Shown: positions 38,845 through 48,135 of the stretch, piece after piece
Numbering within the stretch: position 1 is the first letter of the stretch
Layout of the letters: each line of letters opens with the position of its first letter
Source: a virus
Length of the DNA stretch: 64,000 nucleotides
Reading direction: 5' to 3' (one strand)
Virus record (IMG/VR): IMGVR_UViG_3300045988_088999
Span: 48,961-112,960 of that record
Made by a program: the position numbers and the translations under genes
The notes under the pieces: model-generated
Seen by the model: the letters and a program-made list of their open reading frames with translations, nothing else
The model's database searches: none
What the model was told of the DNA's origin: nothing

Positions 38845-41811
38845 TCAATACGGAGTATTATTGGCTGCGGCTTGTTCATAATCAAGAACTCTGTCACCAA
38901 CAAGCAAGCCATTCTTACCAAAAATCGGAGTATTGTATCTAATCAAGCCTTTATCCCAAGAATACTGCTTGAATCTATCGTCACCATCACCATACAGGCG
39001 GCGAGTTACGCGGTCATATCTAAGACCAATTCTTTCACCATGAATACCAAGCGTTCTATCCTTAAAAACTGTGAACTGTCTGTCGTATCCCTGTGCCTTC
39101 AAATCATTATCCCAAACCTTTTCAAGTCCGTAGATTCTATCAGCCATATTAACAATGTTAGATGTACCAAGAATCTCATACTCGGAAAGAGGAATACCAG
39201 CCTGTTGCTTACGAGGATGGCAAACAAGATGAACTTCCAATCCATTCTGTTTTGTAAAATGAATCAGCTTATTCATAAAGTCAACCTGAATGCCAGTCAC
39301 TTCTGTATCAGAAATACCACGGAAATTCAGACACAGCCAGTTATCAAGAACAAAAACTTTTGTGCCAAACCGCTTATAAACTTCCTTCATCTTATTAAAG
39401 ACCATATCTGGGTTAGACAAAAGCAGATTGTCATAAACAAAGATTTTTTTTGCATAGTATTGCTTGATGGCTTGTGTTGCTTGCGGGGTAGGTTTATAGA
39501 ACTGGAATCCATTAGCACCAGTATATTCAACAGAGTGCTGTCTACCAGCCGCCTGTGCCAAGACCCAGTTTAACATCTGGCTTGTTGTCGATTCAGCATT
39601 AAACCAGAACACTGTATTTCCCTTATCAATCGCTTCAAGCACAACGGTTTGAGAAATCATAGTGGTCTTGCCACAGTTTCCAGTAACAACAATATCGTTG
39701 CCACGCCGCATAATCCACTTGTGCGAAGGAACAGTGAAGCAGTATTTGAATCCATCTTTAGTTTCATACTTCTCTATTTTGGCCTTATTCTCTTCACTAC
39801 TACACGACATACTAGCAGTAGTTCTAGTAGATACACTTACGTAATATTCGCAAGACTTTCTCGTGTACCACTTACCACAAGTGAAATACTTCTGACCAGA
39901 ACGGTCATTTGCACGAATTGTTGCTCTATATCCACAAGACGTATACGCAAATTGCACAAAATCTGCGGTTGCTTTAACAGAAGTAGAAAATCTCATACGT
40001 CCGACATTATCAACACTGCCATCCCAGAACATGATATTGTCGCAGATGACCTTTAACTGTTTATGCGAACAATCGTACCAATAGTCAGTAAACTCCTTTT
40101 CTCTACGAGGAGCATAGAAATAGAAATCTGTATAACCATTTGCCGCAGATTCACGCTCAGTATACTCAATACCACATTCGCTAAAAATCTTACGAATCTC
40201 AATCTTCTTTCTATCCTTCTTTAGATGGAGTCTACACAAGTTAGTCTTGTTATGCGTAAAAGTGCCATCACAAATGACAGCACACATCAACTTAATCTCT
40301 GCATCACTCAAATCAATACCAACGCCGCCATAATTAAACGCTTTAATAAAACGTCCAGTAAAACCCTCTTTATTAGATTCGTGTCTACGCTTCACTTCTG
40401 CGAAAGGCAAAGACATAAGTTTTCCATCCTGATTTAGATAATAAACATTATGCTCTTCGCTCAAACACTGATTGATTCCGTACTTGGTCTTAAAATGCCA
40501 CAGATAATCACACTTGTATTTATGGAACACAGAAGGAGTTACAAGCTCTGCTGTTCCGTCATCGTTATACTGTAGCACTTTATCGCCATTCTGGAAATCA
40601 GCGATTCGTTTCCACTTAGTACCATCAAAGAACTCTGTATCACAGTCAACACAACCTGAATAGGCAGTCCAGATATTCAATGTTCCGTCAATGAAACCGT
40701 AAATCTGTCTATCAAGCGAATTGATACCGCTCGGAATATATTCAGTCTGTTCAATATCAAATTCCTCAACGTCCATCAGGTCAATAACGCTTTCCATAGG
40801 AATTTCTTCGGCAGAGTTAATCAACGCAAGGATTCTTGCGCTACCACAAGCCAACAAAACATTGTTCGCATCGGTTTTACGAATATCTACATTCTCATTA
40901 AAGCTGTGATAGTAATTATAAACTGCTTCTTCGTCATCCTCCGTGGGTTTGACAATCTTGATACGATATTCGCCAAGACGAGGGATGGCTTTTTTCATGC
41001 CGCTTTCACCAGCATCATCATTGTCAAACCAAAGGATAATATCTTCAAACTGGTCTAAGAACTCGTAGTTAAAGTTAATCCAGTTATCATCATTCGCACC
41101 GGACGGGATACTTACAACATTCTTGAAACCAGCTTCGATACAAGCCATTGTATCGTTCATGCCCTCTGTCAACAAAAGCGGCTGTGTTACATCAATTTTG
41201 TTGATATTATAAAGAATGGGACAAGTATCAGCGTTTTTCTGATAGAAGTATTTCGGTTCGCCACTCTTAATTGCATGACTTGGGCGATACTTAACTGTAA
41301 CAATACGTCCGGTTAAGTCCCTGAACTGATACGCAACATTCCCATGCGCATCAGAACCAAGACCAACATATCGACACGTCTCTTCGGAAATACCGCGCTT
41401 CGCCATGTATTCCAACGCAACACCGGAAATATTATCTTCAACTTTAGGGTATCTAAAGTTCTTGAAATAATCCTTCTGTTCAGTTGGCGCTGTAAAACTA
41501 AACAAAGATGGGTCGTATTTTACCTTTGTCTCATCTAACAAACGCTTAACTGCCTTCATGTAAGGTTCACCAAACTTGTACATATAATAGTCCAAGATAC
41601 CGAATACCTTACCAGTGGAGAAGTCCTTAAAGTAATAGTCCTTTTTCATCCACATCATTGAAGGATTATTGTCGTTAGCATTGAAGATAGATTTTGCAGA
41701 GCCTTTCTCTGGATTCCACTCTTCAAGCGGATAACCTTCTGCGATAATCTCTGCTTGTCTATCACCAAGAACTCCTTTTGCTTCAATGATTTTATCCAGA
41801 AGTTCACTCAT
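38845..41811 (-). CDS. bifunctional DNA primase (TOPRIM) / helicase, interrupted by an intein
   Basis: TOPRIM segment LLLTEGMNDTMACIEAGF...WFDNDDAGE. The helicase Walker A (AYSG|CGKTT) is split by a 326-aa insertion. Confidence 0.8.
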   Translation of the reverse strand: MSELLDKIIEAKGVLGDRQAEIIAEGYPLEEWNPEKGSAKSIFNANDNNPSMMWMKKDYYFKDFSTGKVFGILDYYMYKFGEPYMKAVKRLLDETKVKYDPSLFSFTAPTEQKDYFKNFRYPKVEDNISGVALEYMAKRGISEETCRYVGLGSDAHGNVAYQFRDLTGRIVTVKYRPSHAIKSGEPKYFYQKNADTCPILYNINKIDVTQPLLLTEGMNDTMACIEAGFKNVVSIPSGANDDNWINFNYEFLDQFEDIILWFDNDDAGESGMKKAIPRLGEYRIKIVKPTEDDEEAVYNYYHSFNENVDIRKTDANNVLLACGSARILALINSAEEIPMESVIDLMDVEEFDIEQTEYIPSGINSLDRQIYGFIDGTLNIWTAYSGCVDCDTEFFDGTKWKRIADFQNGDKVLQYNDDGTAELVTPSVFHKYKCDYLWHFKTKYGINQCLSEEHNVYYLNQDGKLMSLPFAEVKRRHESNKEGFTGRFIKAFNYGGVGIDLSDAEIKLMCAVICDGTFTHNKTNLCRLHLKKDRKKIEIRKIFSECGIEYTERESAANGYTDFYFYAPRREKEFTDYWYDCSHKQLKVICDNIMFWDGSVDNVGRMRFSTSVKATADFVQFAYTSCGYRATIRANDRSGQKYFTCGKWYTRKSCEYYVSVSTRTTASMSCSSEENKAKIEKYETKDGFKYCFTVPSHKWIMRRGNDIVVTGNCGKTTMISQTVVLEAIDKGNTVFWFNAESTTSQMLNWVLAQAAGRQHSVEYTGANGFQFYKPTPQATQAIKQYYAKKIFVYDNLLLSNPDMVFNKMKEVYKRFGTKVFVLDNWLCLNFRGISDTEVTGIQVDFMNKLIHFTKQNGLEVHLVCHPRKQQAGIPLSEYEILGTSNIVNMADRIYGLEKVWDNDLKAQGYDRQFTVFKDRTLGIHGERIGLRYDRVTRRLYGDGDDRFKQYSWDKGLIRYNTPIFGKNGLLVGDRVLDYEQAAANNTPY
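39676..40653 (-). mobile_element. intein with LAGLIDADG homing-endonuclease domain in the helicase P-loop
   Basis: Block A CVDCDTEFFDG. LAGLIDADG-like LSDAEIKLMCAVICDGTF. Block F/G KYCFTVPSHKWIMRRGNDIVVTGN, then the +1 Cys. Excision would restore AYSGCGKTT. Confidence 0.7.
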
Positions 41812-41825
41812 GCAAATCTTTCTCC

Positions 41826-42515
41826 TTAATTAGTTAATTGCCCGTAAGGACATTGATGACGAAAATCACAGAAATTGTTGCAATAGAAGTCGAACTTTCC
41901 ATTGTTCTCTTGAGTGATAGGTTTAAACTCAAATTCGCCCTCTATCTCATCAACGGTTGATTCTATCCAGTTTAAGACTTCGTTTAGTCTATTCTCGTCG
42001 AAATCAACCCATGTCCATTTATTTAATCTAAACATAAAGAACGCCATCTTTTTCGGATATTCGCCATACATTTGCTTCATTGCCCAAGCATAAGAATACA
42101 ACTGCTTCTCGTATTCGATGCGTTCCGCTTTGCTCTTCCAATTTCCTTTAGATTTATAATCAATAATCAGTAGGCCATCATCGTTTTCTGCAATAACGTC
42201 TATTTGACCTTGCAATCTAAATTTGTCTTTGAAAGGTAGTTCAAAATGTTTTTCAGCTTCTAAAATCTTAAAATCAAAACCTGTAAAATTACTTAGAAAA
42301 TCATAGCCGTCTTTGTAATATTTATACCCCATATCCCTTGAGAAGTTCTTTTCCATCTGCAAAGTAAAAGTAGATGTTACATTCTCTGCATAATGCTTCT
42401 CATAATACGAAAGCATATCATATATATCAAGTTCGCCTTTTCCATACATCTCCAATATCTTGTGCATATATGACCCAAATTCGCTTGTGCCATGTGATTC
42501 TGGAATCATTTTCAT
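41826..42515 (-). CDS. Cas4/RecB-like PD-(D/E)XK nuclease with C-terminal Cys cluster
   Basis: IIDYKSKG (D-x-K), QLYSYAW (QxxxY), C-terminal YCNNFCDFRHQC. Confidence 0.6.
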   Translation of the reverse strand: MKMIPESHGTSEFGSYMHKILEMYGKGELDIYDMLSYYEKHYAENVTSTFTLQMEKNFSRDMGYKYYKDGYDFLSNFTGFDFKILEAEKHFELPFKDKFRLQGQIDVIAENDDGLLIIDYKSKGNWKSKAERIEYEKQLYSYAWAMKQMYGEYPKKMAFFMFRLNKWTWVDFDENRLNEVLNWIESTVDEIEGEFEFKPITQENNGKFDFYCNNFCDFRHQCPYGQLTN

Positions 42516-42629
42516 ATCATCGAAATAATGAAGATAGTAGTAATATTTGCAGTTAAAGAAACTTTTTAGTTTTGAAAAAGAGTAGGTGTTTACCTACACA
42601 TTCTTATTCATACCCATGTCAATCATCCT

Positions 42630-42665
42630 ATAATAAAAATGGGGCGGAGCGCAACCGCTCGCCCC
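42630..42665 (-). terminator. rho-independent terminator (minus strand)
   Basis: GC-rich hairpin ggggcggagcg-caac-cgctcgcccc; the T-tract on the minus strand is the complement of ataataaaaat. Confidence 0.65.
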
Positions 42666-42684
42666 ATAAATCATACTTTAGTTA

Positions 42685-43101
42685 TTAGAACGGCAGTTCG
42701 TCATTGTCCTCAGAGGGTGCATTTGCTACCATAGTTGCCTGAGTATCATTGGTAGTTGCAGTATTTGCATTGCCGCCATTCTTACCGCCACAGAAAGAAA
42801 TGTTGCTTGCAACAATCTCGATTGCGGTACGGTTATTACCATCCTTATCGGTGTACTTCCGAGACTGCAAAGAACCTTCAAGAGCAATCATATCTCCCTG
42901 ATGGAAATACTTACAGACAAAATCTGCGGTCTGCCGCCAAGCAACGACATTCAGGAAATCTGCCTGACGCTCATTGGTAGTCTTGTCAACATAATTGCGG
43001 TTAACTGCGACACTGAAGCTAGTCACGCTAGTGCCGTTATCAAGCTGACGCAGTTCCGGGTCACGAACCATACGACCCATAATAACAACATGATTCAGCA
43101 T
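42685..43101 (-). CDS. ssb: single-stranded DNA-binding protein
   Basis: OB-fold SSB N-terminus and acidic tail ending DDLPF. Confidence 0.8.
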   Translation of the reverse strand: MLNHVVIMGRMVRDPELRQLDNGTSVTSFSVAVNRNYVDKTTNERQADFLNVVAWRQTADFVCKYFHQGDMIALEGSLQSRKYTDKDGNNRTAIEIVASNISFCGGKNGGNANTATTNDTQATMVANAPSEDNDELPF

Positions 43102-43121
43102 ATTTCAAATTCTCCTTTAGA

Positions 43122-43328
43122 TTAGAAAATAACATACGTTTCAAGATATTTCTTCAACTGACCAGCATTAGTAAACTTATGCTTTGCAAGCTCTTCCATC
43201 GCCTTCTGTGTTGCATCAGCCGAAGTGCTAAGTCTGTAGATATAATGGCTGTATTTTGTATTACCGTTTACAGCCTCCCACAGAATTATTTTTGCAATTT
43301 GTCTACCAGAAAGATAAGCACTTTTCAT
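43122..43328 (-). CDS. small hypothetical protein
   Basis: ORF of 68 aa. Confidence 0.4.
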   Translation of the reverse strand: MKSAYLSGRQIAKIILWEAVNGNTKYSHYIYRLSTSADATQKAMEELAKHKFTNAGQLKKYLETYVIF

Positions 43329-44335
43329 TATGCCAAACTCTCCAATTCTGCGAGAACAGCCTTTGCTACATCACCGTCTGTAATCGTATTGTAGTTCGCA
43401 ACAGGCTTACCATTTACAATGTGATGCTTAGAAATAGCCTTTGCAATATCCATACGGTCAACGCCCTTTGTCTTGAGCGCTTCAATCAGACTTGCGATAG
43501 ACTCAATGTCGGACGCAACCTCTGAGTCGGATGCTTTTCCATTTGCCGCAGGATTACCGACAGAAACCTCTGCTTTTACCGGATTATAATTGCCAGCGTA
43601 AGAGTTGTCATCCGCTCCATCGTTTGCCCAGTCGATAATCTTAGAACCGTGGCTTTCATCAAGGATAGTAGTTCCTTCGTTCTCGAAGATATGAGTATTA
43701 TCCTTTTCGCACTTCGCCATGTGGCTATCGCGGTCAATCAAGAACGTAGTAGTGAAGTAATACTCAAAACCGTCACGCTGTTTTGCACCAACGCCCAACT
43801 TCTTGACAGTTACCTTGCCACGGTCATCCTTATCCAGCTCATATTGGTCTTTTCCGCGCATTGTGCTGATAATATGTATCGGAGAATATGCCATTGTGTC
43901 GATGAACTTATCGTGGCGAGGAGTAACCTTTGCCCATGCCTGATAGTTTCCACCAAACTGCTGTTGTAAATCAAGACAACCACCACGTCCTTCCCATTCA
44001 GCGGACGAACTATCAATCACAAGAATTGAATACTTCTGCTGAACAGCAAAGTTGATAAGGTCAATAAACAGCTCAGGATTGTAAGGGGGATTCAAGTCAA
44101 CAATGTCGAACTTAAACTCCTTAGCATAATACCGACCACGAGGGCCTTCTGTATTCGCAAAAAGAATTTTACCGTTAGTTCCCTCAAGAACATCACGCTT
44201 CCGCATTTCGTCAATCATACCAGTTGCCAAACGCAATGCGGAATAACTCTTGCCGCATCCACTAGGCCCCATCAGCGCAATCTTAACAGCAATCTTCTCA
44301 CGTACAGCTTCTTGTACATTAAAATTAAATGCCAT
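43328..44335 (-). CDS. RecA-fold P-loop ATPase (Sak4-like)
   Basis: Walker A LMGPSGCGKS; Walker B ILVIDSS. Adjacent to ssb. Confidence 0.55.
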   Translation of the reverse strand: MAFNFNVQEAVREKIAVKIALMGPSGCGKSYSALRLATGMIDEMRKRDVLEGTNGKILFANTEGPRGRYYAKEFKFDIVDLNPPYNPELFIDLINFAVQQKYSILVIDSSSAEWEGRGGCLDLQQQFGGNYQAWAKVTPRHDKFIDTMAYSPIHIISTMRGKDQYELDKDDRGKVTVKKLGVGAKQRDGFEYYFTTTFLIDRDSHMAKCEKDNTHIFENEGTTILDESHGSKIIDWANDGADDNSYAGNYNPVKAEVSVGNPAANGKASDSEVASDIESIASLIEALKTKGVDRMDIAKAISKHHIVNGKPVANYNTITDGDVAKAVLAELESLA

Positions 44336-44377
44336 GTAAATTACCTCTTATGTATATAGAATAAATCGAACAACTAT

Positions 44378-44406
44378 ATTATATCAAATTTTTTGAAATT
44401 TGTCAA
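44378..44406 (-). promoter_or_regulatory. sigma70-type promoter P6 (TTGACA-17-TATAAT)
   Basis: Reverse complement reads ccacTTGACA-N17-TATAATatag. Confidence 0.65.
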
Positions 44407-45092
44407 GTGGTTTTTGAAAATAATTTTTCAGTTTTGTAGACTCGGCCTTGCCGCACATCTACCTGTCTTGCAATCTGCTTAGACCAAACACAAGCAAAAT
44501 CATTAGGAGCAGTCTCTTCGCTTACAAGAACAGTACACCTTTTTGAAAGCTCTCTGACATACTCCCAAAACGCTTCATGGTCAAAATCACCAGTAGAATA
44601 TCCAGTAGTTCCTTTATATGGTGGGTCTAAATACACGACCGAACCATTCGGGATTGATACATCTCGATAATCGCCACATAAGAACTCTGCATTCTTTAAA
44701 CCGTTTAGGTCACGATAAATACTGTGACTTGCACCAGCACAAAAATCTTCGCCGCGTTTATTTCTTGCAAGACCGCCAAACCACTTACCGGAATAACTAC
44801 ACGCAAAACCAACATATCCGGTCAATCCGGGGTCTTCATCTTTGTGCGCTTTCACGTAATCGTATGTTGACTTCGTGATTTTATCCGGTAACTGCCTTCC
44901 GGCCTGAACATCTCGCCACATGGCGATTAGATATGGATGCGCGTCATTAAGAATTTTGCGATTCGCATTGACACGCGACTCAATAGAACAGCTCCCGCAA
45001 AACAAAGATATAAAATCACGATTTCCTATCACTGAATTGATATAATCCGAAATGTCTTTTGCGATTCTGCTCTTACCGCCTAAATATCTCAT
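44403..45092 (-). CDS. dam: DNA N6-adenine methyltransferase (second Dam-class paralog)
   Basis: MRYLGGKSRIAKDI and catalytic DPPY. Confidence 0.7.
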   Translation of the reverse strand: MRYLGGKSRIAKDISDYINSVIGNRDFISLFCGSCSIESRVNANRKILNDAHPYLIAMWRDVQAGRQLPDKITKSTYDYVKAHKDEDPGLTGYVGFACSYSGKWFGGLARNKRGEDFCAGASHSIYRDLNGLKNAEFLCGDYRDVSIPNGSVVYLDPPYKGTTGYSTGDFDHEAFWEYVRELSKRCTVLVSEETAPNDFACVWSKQIARQVDVRQGRVYKTEKLFSKTT

Positions 45093-45120
45093 CTAAACAC
45101 CTGTTATGTATAAGGGGTAA

Positions 45121-45459
45121 TTACCCCTCGTTGTGTGCATACTTAGTCGCAACAAATGCGTCCTTGTCTGCAACAACCTTGTCGCGGTTCTCGGTCACGA
45201 GAACGATTGCGGCCTCCTGTGCCGCAATCTCATGCTCGCATTCAGCAATGGCGGCCTTCAGTGCCTTAATGTAGCGCTTGTGCTCTGCAATCTTAGCGTC
45301 CTTCTTGGCAATCTTGTACTTGAACTCTGCCAGCTTCTTACCGAAGTCCGCGTCAAAGGTATCCTCTGCGTGACACACAGCCATCACCTTGATACGCTTG
45401 CCAAACTCGTGACCCAGAGCGATAACGCGATTGTGATTCTCATAAACCTTCAGCTTCAT
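45121..45459 (-). CDS. hypothetical helical protein
   Basis: First gene downstream of promoter P7. Confidence 0.45.
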   Translation of the reverse strand: MKLKVYENHNRVIALGHEFGKRIKVMAVCHAEDTFDADFGKKLAEFKYKIAKKDAKIAEHKRYIKALKAAIAECEHEIAAQEAAIVLVTENRDKVVADKDAFVATKYAHNEG

Positions 45460-45514
45460 AATTTTTTCTCCTTTAGTTCTTTTGTTTTTGTTTTATTGCC
45501 TTTCGACTGTCTAT

Positions 45515-45543
45515 ATTATAGCATAGAAACCGGCCAAAGTCAA
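45515..45543 (-). promoter_or_regulatory. sigma70-type promoter P7 (TTGACT-17-TATAAT)
   Basis: Reverse complement reads ccccTTGACT-N17-TATAATatag. Confidence 0.65.
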
Positions 45544-45813
45544 GGGGTTTTGGAAAATTTCTTAAAGAAAAATCCGGGATGATTACTACCTAGTAGTAGT
45601 ATACCATCCCGGACTCAAGAAGTCAAGAGGTTATTCTAAATTTTTTAACTCGGAATTTATAAAGTCTATCTTCTGTTCTATAAACAACAACTGTTGGTTG
45701 TAATAGTCAGACTGATACGCTTCACAAGACTGAAGCAAACCGTTCGTCTCGTCAAGTTCTGACTGAACCCCATTTAGTTCATCTAATAGGAACTGTCGAT
45801 AATCAGATTTGCC

Positions 45814-46344
45814 CTATTCAGCAAAGTATTCAGAATATTCATAATAAAGCTCTGTAATTTCAATAGTAGCTTTATTTTTCTTCTGACCGTTTGCCTTTCG
45901 CTTTTTTACAGCACCCTCGCCGCAAGTATAAACATAGAACGCATCTTCCATATTTGTAGCTTTATCCATTGCGTGTCTAAGAATCAATGCACCAGCTCTA
46001 ATGTTTGTCTCTGGGTTATACAAACCTTTCTTAGATGTTTTTAATCCATTATTTGAAAGAAAATTCAAAATATCTGACGTACATCCAACTTGCATTAGGC
46101 CAATATAGCTTGTGCCAACATCGCTCTTAAATCTTGACTCGTGATAGATAATAGCAACTAACGCAGAATACGGAACATCAAGCTCCTCGCTTACTTCTCT
46201 TGTATATACTTTTAGATTGTTATTCCACGATTCATATAATTCAAACTTGTCACTAAAATCTGCCGCTTTTGACGGAACTGCCACAGCGCAAATTATCGCA
46301 AATGTTGTAAGCAAAGCAATGATAGCTCCTAGCAGTTTCTTCAT
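45814..46344 (-). CDS. secreted lytic transglycosylase (SLT domain)
   Basis: Signal peptide; YHESRFKSDVGTSYIGLMQV matches the SLT ES...GLMQ motif. Confidence 0.75.
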   Translation of the reverse strand: MKKLLGAIIALLTTFAIICAVAVPSKAADFSDKFELYESWNNNLKVYTREVSEELDVPYSALVAIIYHESRFKSDVGTSYIGLMQVGCTSDILNFLSNNGLKTSKKGLYNPETNIRAGALILRHAMDKATNMEDAFYVYTCGEGAVKKRKANGQKKNKATIEITELYYEYSEYFAE

Positions 46345-46362
46345 GCAACCATCTCCTATTCA

Positions 46363-46405
46363 TAATAATAAAAATTGGGAACGAATCGTACTCACTCGTT
46401 CCCAT
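46363..46405 (-). terminator. rho-independent terminator closing the tRNA operon
   Basis: 8-bp stem gggaacga/tcgttccc; minus strand then reads aatttttattatta. Confidence 0.65.
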
Positions 46406-46661
46406 CCACCAAATATCGCGCAGTCGTATTCTCTAGTCCCGACCCGGACTACCGCTTTCTCCCACGGTGGGGCGTGATACCCTTCCGAGTATCGTTTCTC
46501 AAGCCAGCTTGAGGATAAATGATGGGGTGGCGCGAACACCTGTCGTCGGCATCAAAACCACTAATCAGAGCACCGCAAAGTGTAATAGTGTACATCTATT
46601 ACAACAGTTCGGTCTGCTCCTAAAGGCATCCCTTTACCAGTCCGCTTTAATTCTCACTTAT
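46406..46661 (-). ncRNA. unassigned ~255-nt structured trailer between tRNA-Cys and the terminator (possible small RNA)
   Basis: Several 5-8-bp hairpins (tgtaatag/ctattaca, cccac/gtggg) and no ORF. I could not fit a tRNA to it. Confidence 0.2.
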
Positions 46662-46736
46662 TGGAGCGTCATATTGGAGTCGAACCAATCTAAAAGAGAT
46701 TTGCAGTCTCTCGCCTATCCGTCTGGCACATGACGC
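46662..46736 (-). tRNA. tRNA-Cys (anticodon GCA), CCA encoded
   Basis: Hand-folded cloverleaf: acceptor GCGTCAT/ATGACGC, anticodon arm AGAGA-CTGCAAA-TCTCT, T-arm ATTGG-TTCGACT-CCAAT. Confidence 0.8.
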
Positions 46737-46862
46737 ATATTTGCAATTTAGGTTTTGCGAACCACACATCGAGCATATACTCCGTTAAATCCCCTTGTGG
46801 TACAATCACTCCGAGACGGTTTTGTAACACCGTATGCTCCATTTTGTTCATCTTTACGGTCA

Positions 46863-46953
46863 TGGCGTGGTAGAAGGGATTTGAACCCCTGCACGGCCTA
46901 CGCCGCCTACTTGCTTTCCAAGCAAGCCCCTTCGACCTCTTGGGTACTACCAC
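46863..46953 (-). tRNA. tRNA-Ser (anticodon GGA), type II, CCA encoded
   Basis: Acceptor GTGGTAG/CTACCAC, anticodon arm CTTGC-TTGGAAA-GCAAG, 19-nt variable arm, T-loop TTCAAAT. Confidence 0.75.
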
Positions 46954-46956
46954 ATA

Positions 46957-47187
46957 TTATGCCTTAGTTACTAAAGGCATAACGCGAGTATCGTTGCATC
47001 CAGCGGTTTCATACCTAGTGAATACACGATATTTTCTATCAGATTTCAGAGTATCTTTATAATACTTCAAAATCCTTAAACCGTATTTACTCTTAGACGT
47101 TTTATTATTAACTTGATAATTAGCCCAGTCAATAATCTCTTTTCCAGTAAACATAGTTCCGTTTTGATAGCTCAGAATATTTTTCAT
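46957..47187 (-). CDS. small hypothetical protein (76 aa) inside the tRNA array
   Basis: GAGGT RBS; ORF flanked by tRNAs. Confidence 0.5.
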   Translation of the reverse strand: MKNILSYQNGTMFTGKEIIDWANYQVNNKTSKSKYGLRILKYYKDTLKSDRKYRVFTRYETAGCNDTRVMPLVTKA

Positions 47188-47204
47188 TTGTTACCTCACA
47201 ATAA

Positions 47205-47281
47205 TGGTGTTTCCAGAATGAATCGAACATTCGACCTCAATCTTATCAGGATTGCGCTCTAACCAACTGAGCTATGGAAAC
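47205..47281 (-). tRNA. tRNA-Ile (anticodon GAT), CCA encoded
   Basis: Canonical cloverleaf: GTTTCCA-TA-GCTC-AGTTGGTTA-GAGC-G-CAATC-CTGATAA-GATTG-AGGTC-GAATG-TTCGATT-CATTC-TGGAAAC-A-CCA. Confidence 0.9.
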
Positions 47282-47310
47282 ATAAATTGCTGTCTTTCCA
47301 GCAGTCATCG
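47282..47310. repeat. 29-nt motif ataaattgctgtctttccagcagtcat (5-bp hairpin tgctg/cagca), copy 1 of 2, immediately 5' of a tRNA
   Basis: Identical copy at 48832-48860. Confidence 0.5.
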
Positions 47311-47429
47311 GTTTATCCGCAATGTGCTTGTTCCTTAACACAAACACGGCATACTGTCATATCACGCATTTACTATATTTTTTACGCATACCAGCTACAA
47401 TAGTTGCAACTCGAAAACTACTTACCGCG

Positions 47430-47517
47430 TGGTGCGCCCGGTGGGACTTGAACCCACGATAGGAATAATCCACCCCGGATTAAAAGTCCGGTGCTATACC
47501 AACTTAGCTACGAGCGC
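47430..47517 (-). tRNA. tRNA-Lys (anticodon TTT) with an unusual 17-nt variable region
   Basis: Acceptor GCGCTCG/CGGGCGC (one G.T), anticodon arm CCGGA-CTTTTAA-TCCGG, T-arm GTGGG-TTCAAGT-CCCAC. The variable region GGTGGATTATTCCTATC is far longer than in normal Lys tRNAs. Confidence 0.6.
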
Positions 47518-47656
47518 AAATGAAAGCACGAATACCCGCCCACGTGCATGGTACTTGCTCTTCTGTCTTGTCAGTACCTCCCAAGTCCATTAACTCTATG
47601 GACACGATAGTTAAAAATACTTGCCTATACCTATTCTACCACGGCATAGGTGCGAT

Positions 47657-47744
47657 TGGAGCCAGTGACAGGACTTGAACCTGCGAGAACCCTTTCGGCA
47701 TCGGGATTACAAAACCCGCGTTCTACCAACTGAACTACACTGGC
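47657..47744 (-). tRNA. tRNA-Thr (anticodon TGT) with an unusual 17-nt variable region
   Basis: Acceptor GCCAGTG/CACTGGC, anticodon loop TTTGTAA, T-arm GCAGG-TTCAAGT-CCTGT. Variable region ATGCCGAAAGGGTTCTC. Confidence 0.6.
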
Positions 47745-47842
47745 AAATCTAAAAGACACATTAAAAATTGAACAATAAAGCTACTCAAAATTTAACAAGA
47801 GTTTGCTGGATGTGTCTTTTCATATATAAAAATAAAGGAGGG

Positions 47843-48079
47843 TTATTTTCTTACCTTCATATCTAACATAGTAAGCCTATCTTCACGCCTAAAAGAAATT
47901 ATATCATACCATCTTTCTAAGATGTATTTTAGCTGTCTAAGTTCACTCTCGTTGAACGGTTCACGTTCATCTCTTAGATATAAAGTAACAATTCCATTTT
48001 CTTCACCAATCTTTAGTCGGGAAATCTTGCTCATAATGTTATCATCAGCAACTTCACCCAACATTTGAAAGAAAACCAT
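47843..48079 (-). CDS. small hypothetical protein (78 aa) inside the tRNA array
   Basis: ORF between tRNA genes. Confidence 0.45.
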   Translation of the reverse strand: MVFFQMLGEVADDNIMSKISRLKIGEENGIVTLYLRDEREPFNESELRQLKYILERWYDIISFRREDRLTMLDMKVRK

Positions 48080-48135
48080 AGGATTATTATTATCAATCTA
48101 CTGCATCGGATTCATTCCCCTTCTTTTTTAGATTT

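Noticed and set aside
38809-39573. 254-aa plus-strand ORF inside the primase-helicase gene, and similar antisense ORFs (53545-54408, 57026-58027, 59526-60194)
   Set aside because: They are antisense to genes with clear domain signatures, lack RBS and promoters, and have skewed low-complexity composition.
42600-42640. Plus-strand promoter-like TGTCAA..TATAAT near 42620, and TTGACA at 49590
   Set aside because: Spacing between the hexamers is 4-6 nt, not 17, there are no plus-strand genes downstream, and the region is better explained as the A/T tract of a minus-strand terminator.
46406-46661. tmRNA in the tRNA-array trailer
   Set aside because: No tRNA-like 3' end (GGTTCGACTCC...CCA) paired with a 5' acceptor, and no tag-peptide reading frame.
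46737-46862. Possible extra tRNA between tRNA-Cys and tRNA-Ser (ggttttgcgaacc T-loop-like motif)
   Set aside because: Could not obtain a consistent cloverleaf: T-loop lacks A58, and there are no paired acceptor or anticodon stems.
46467-46953. ORFs 46467-46733 (+) and 46690-46953 (-), and 48276-48512 (-)
   Set aside because: They lie directly over well-folded tRNA genes and the structured trailer. Random open frames in GC-balanced RNA genes.
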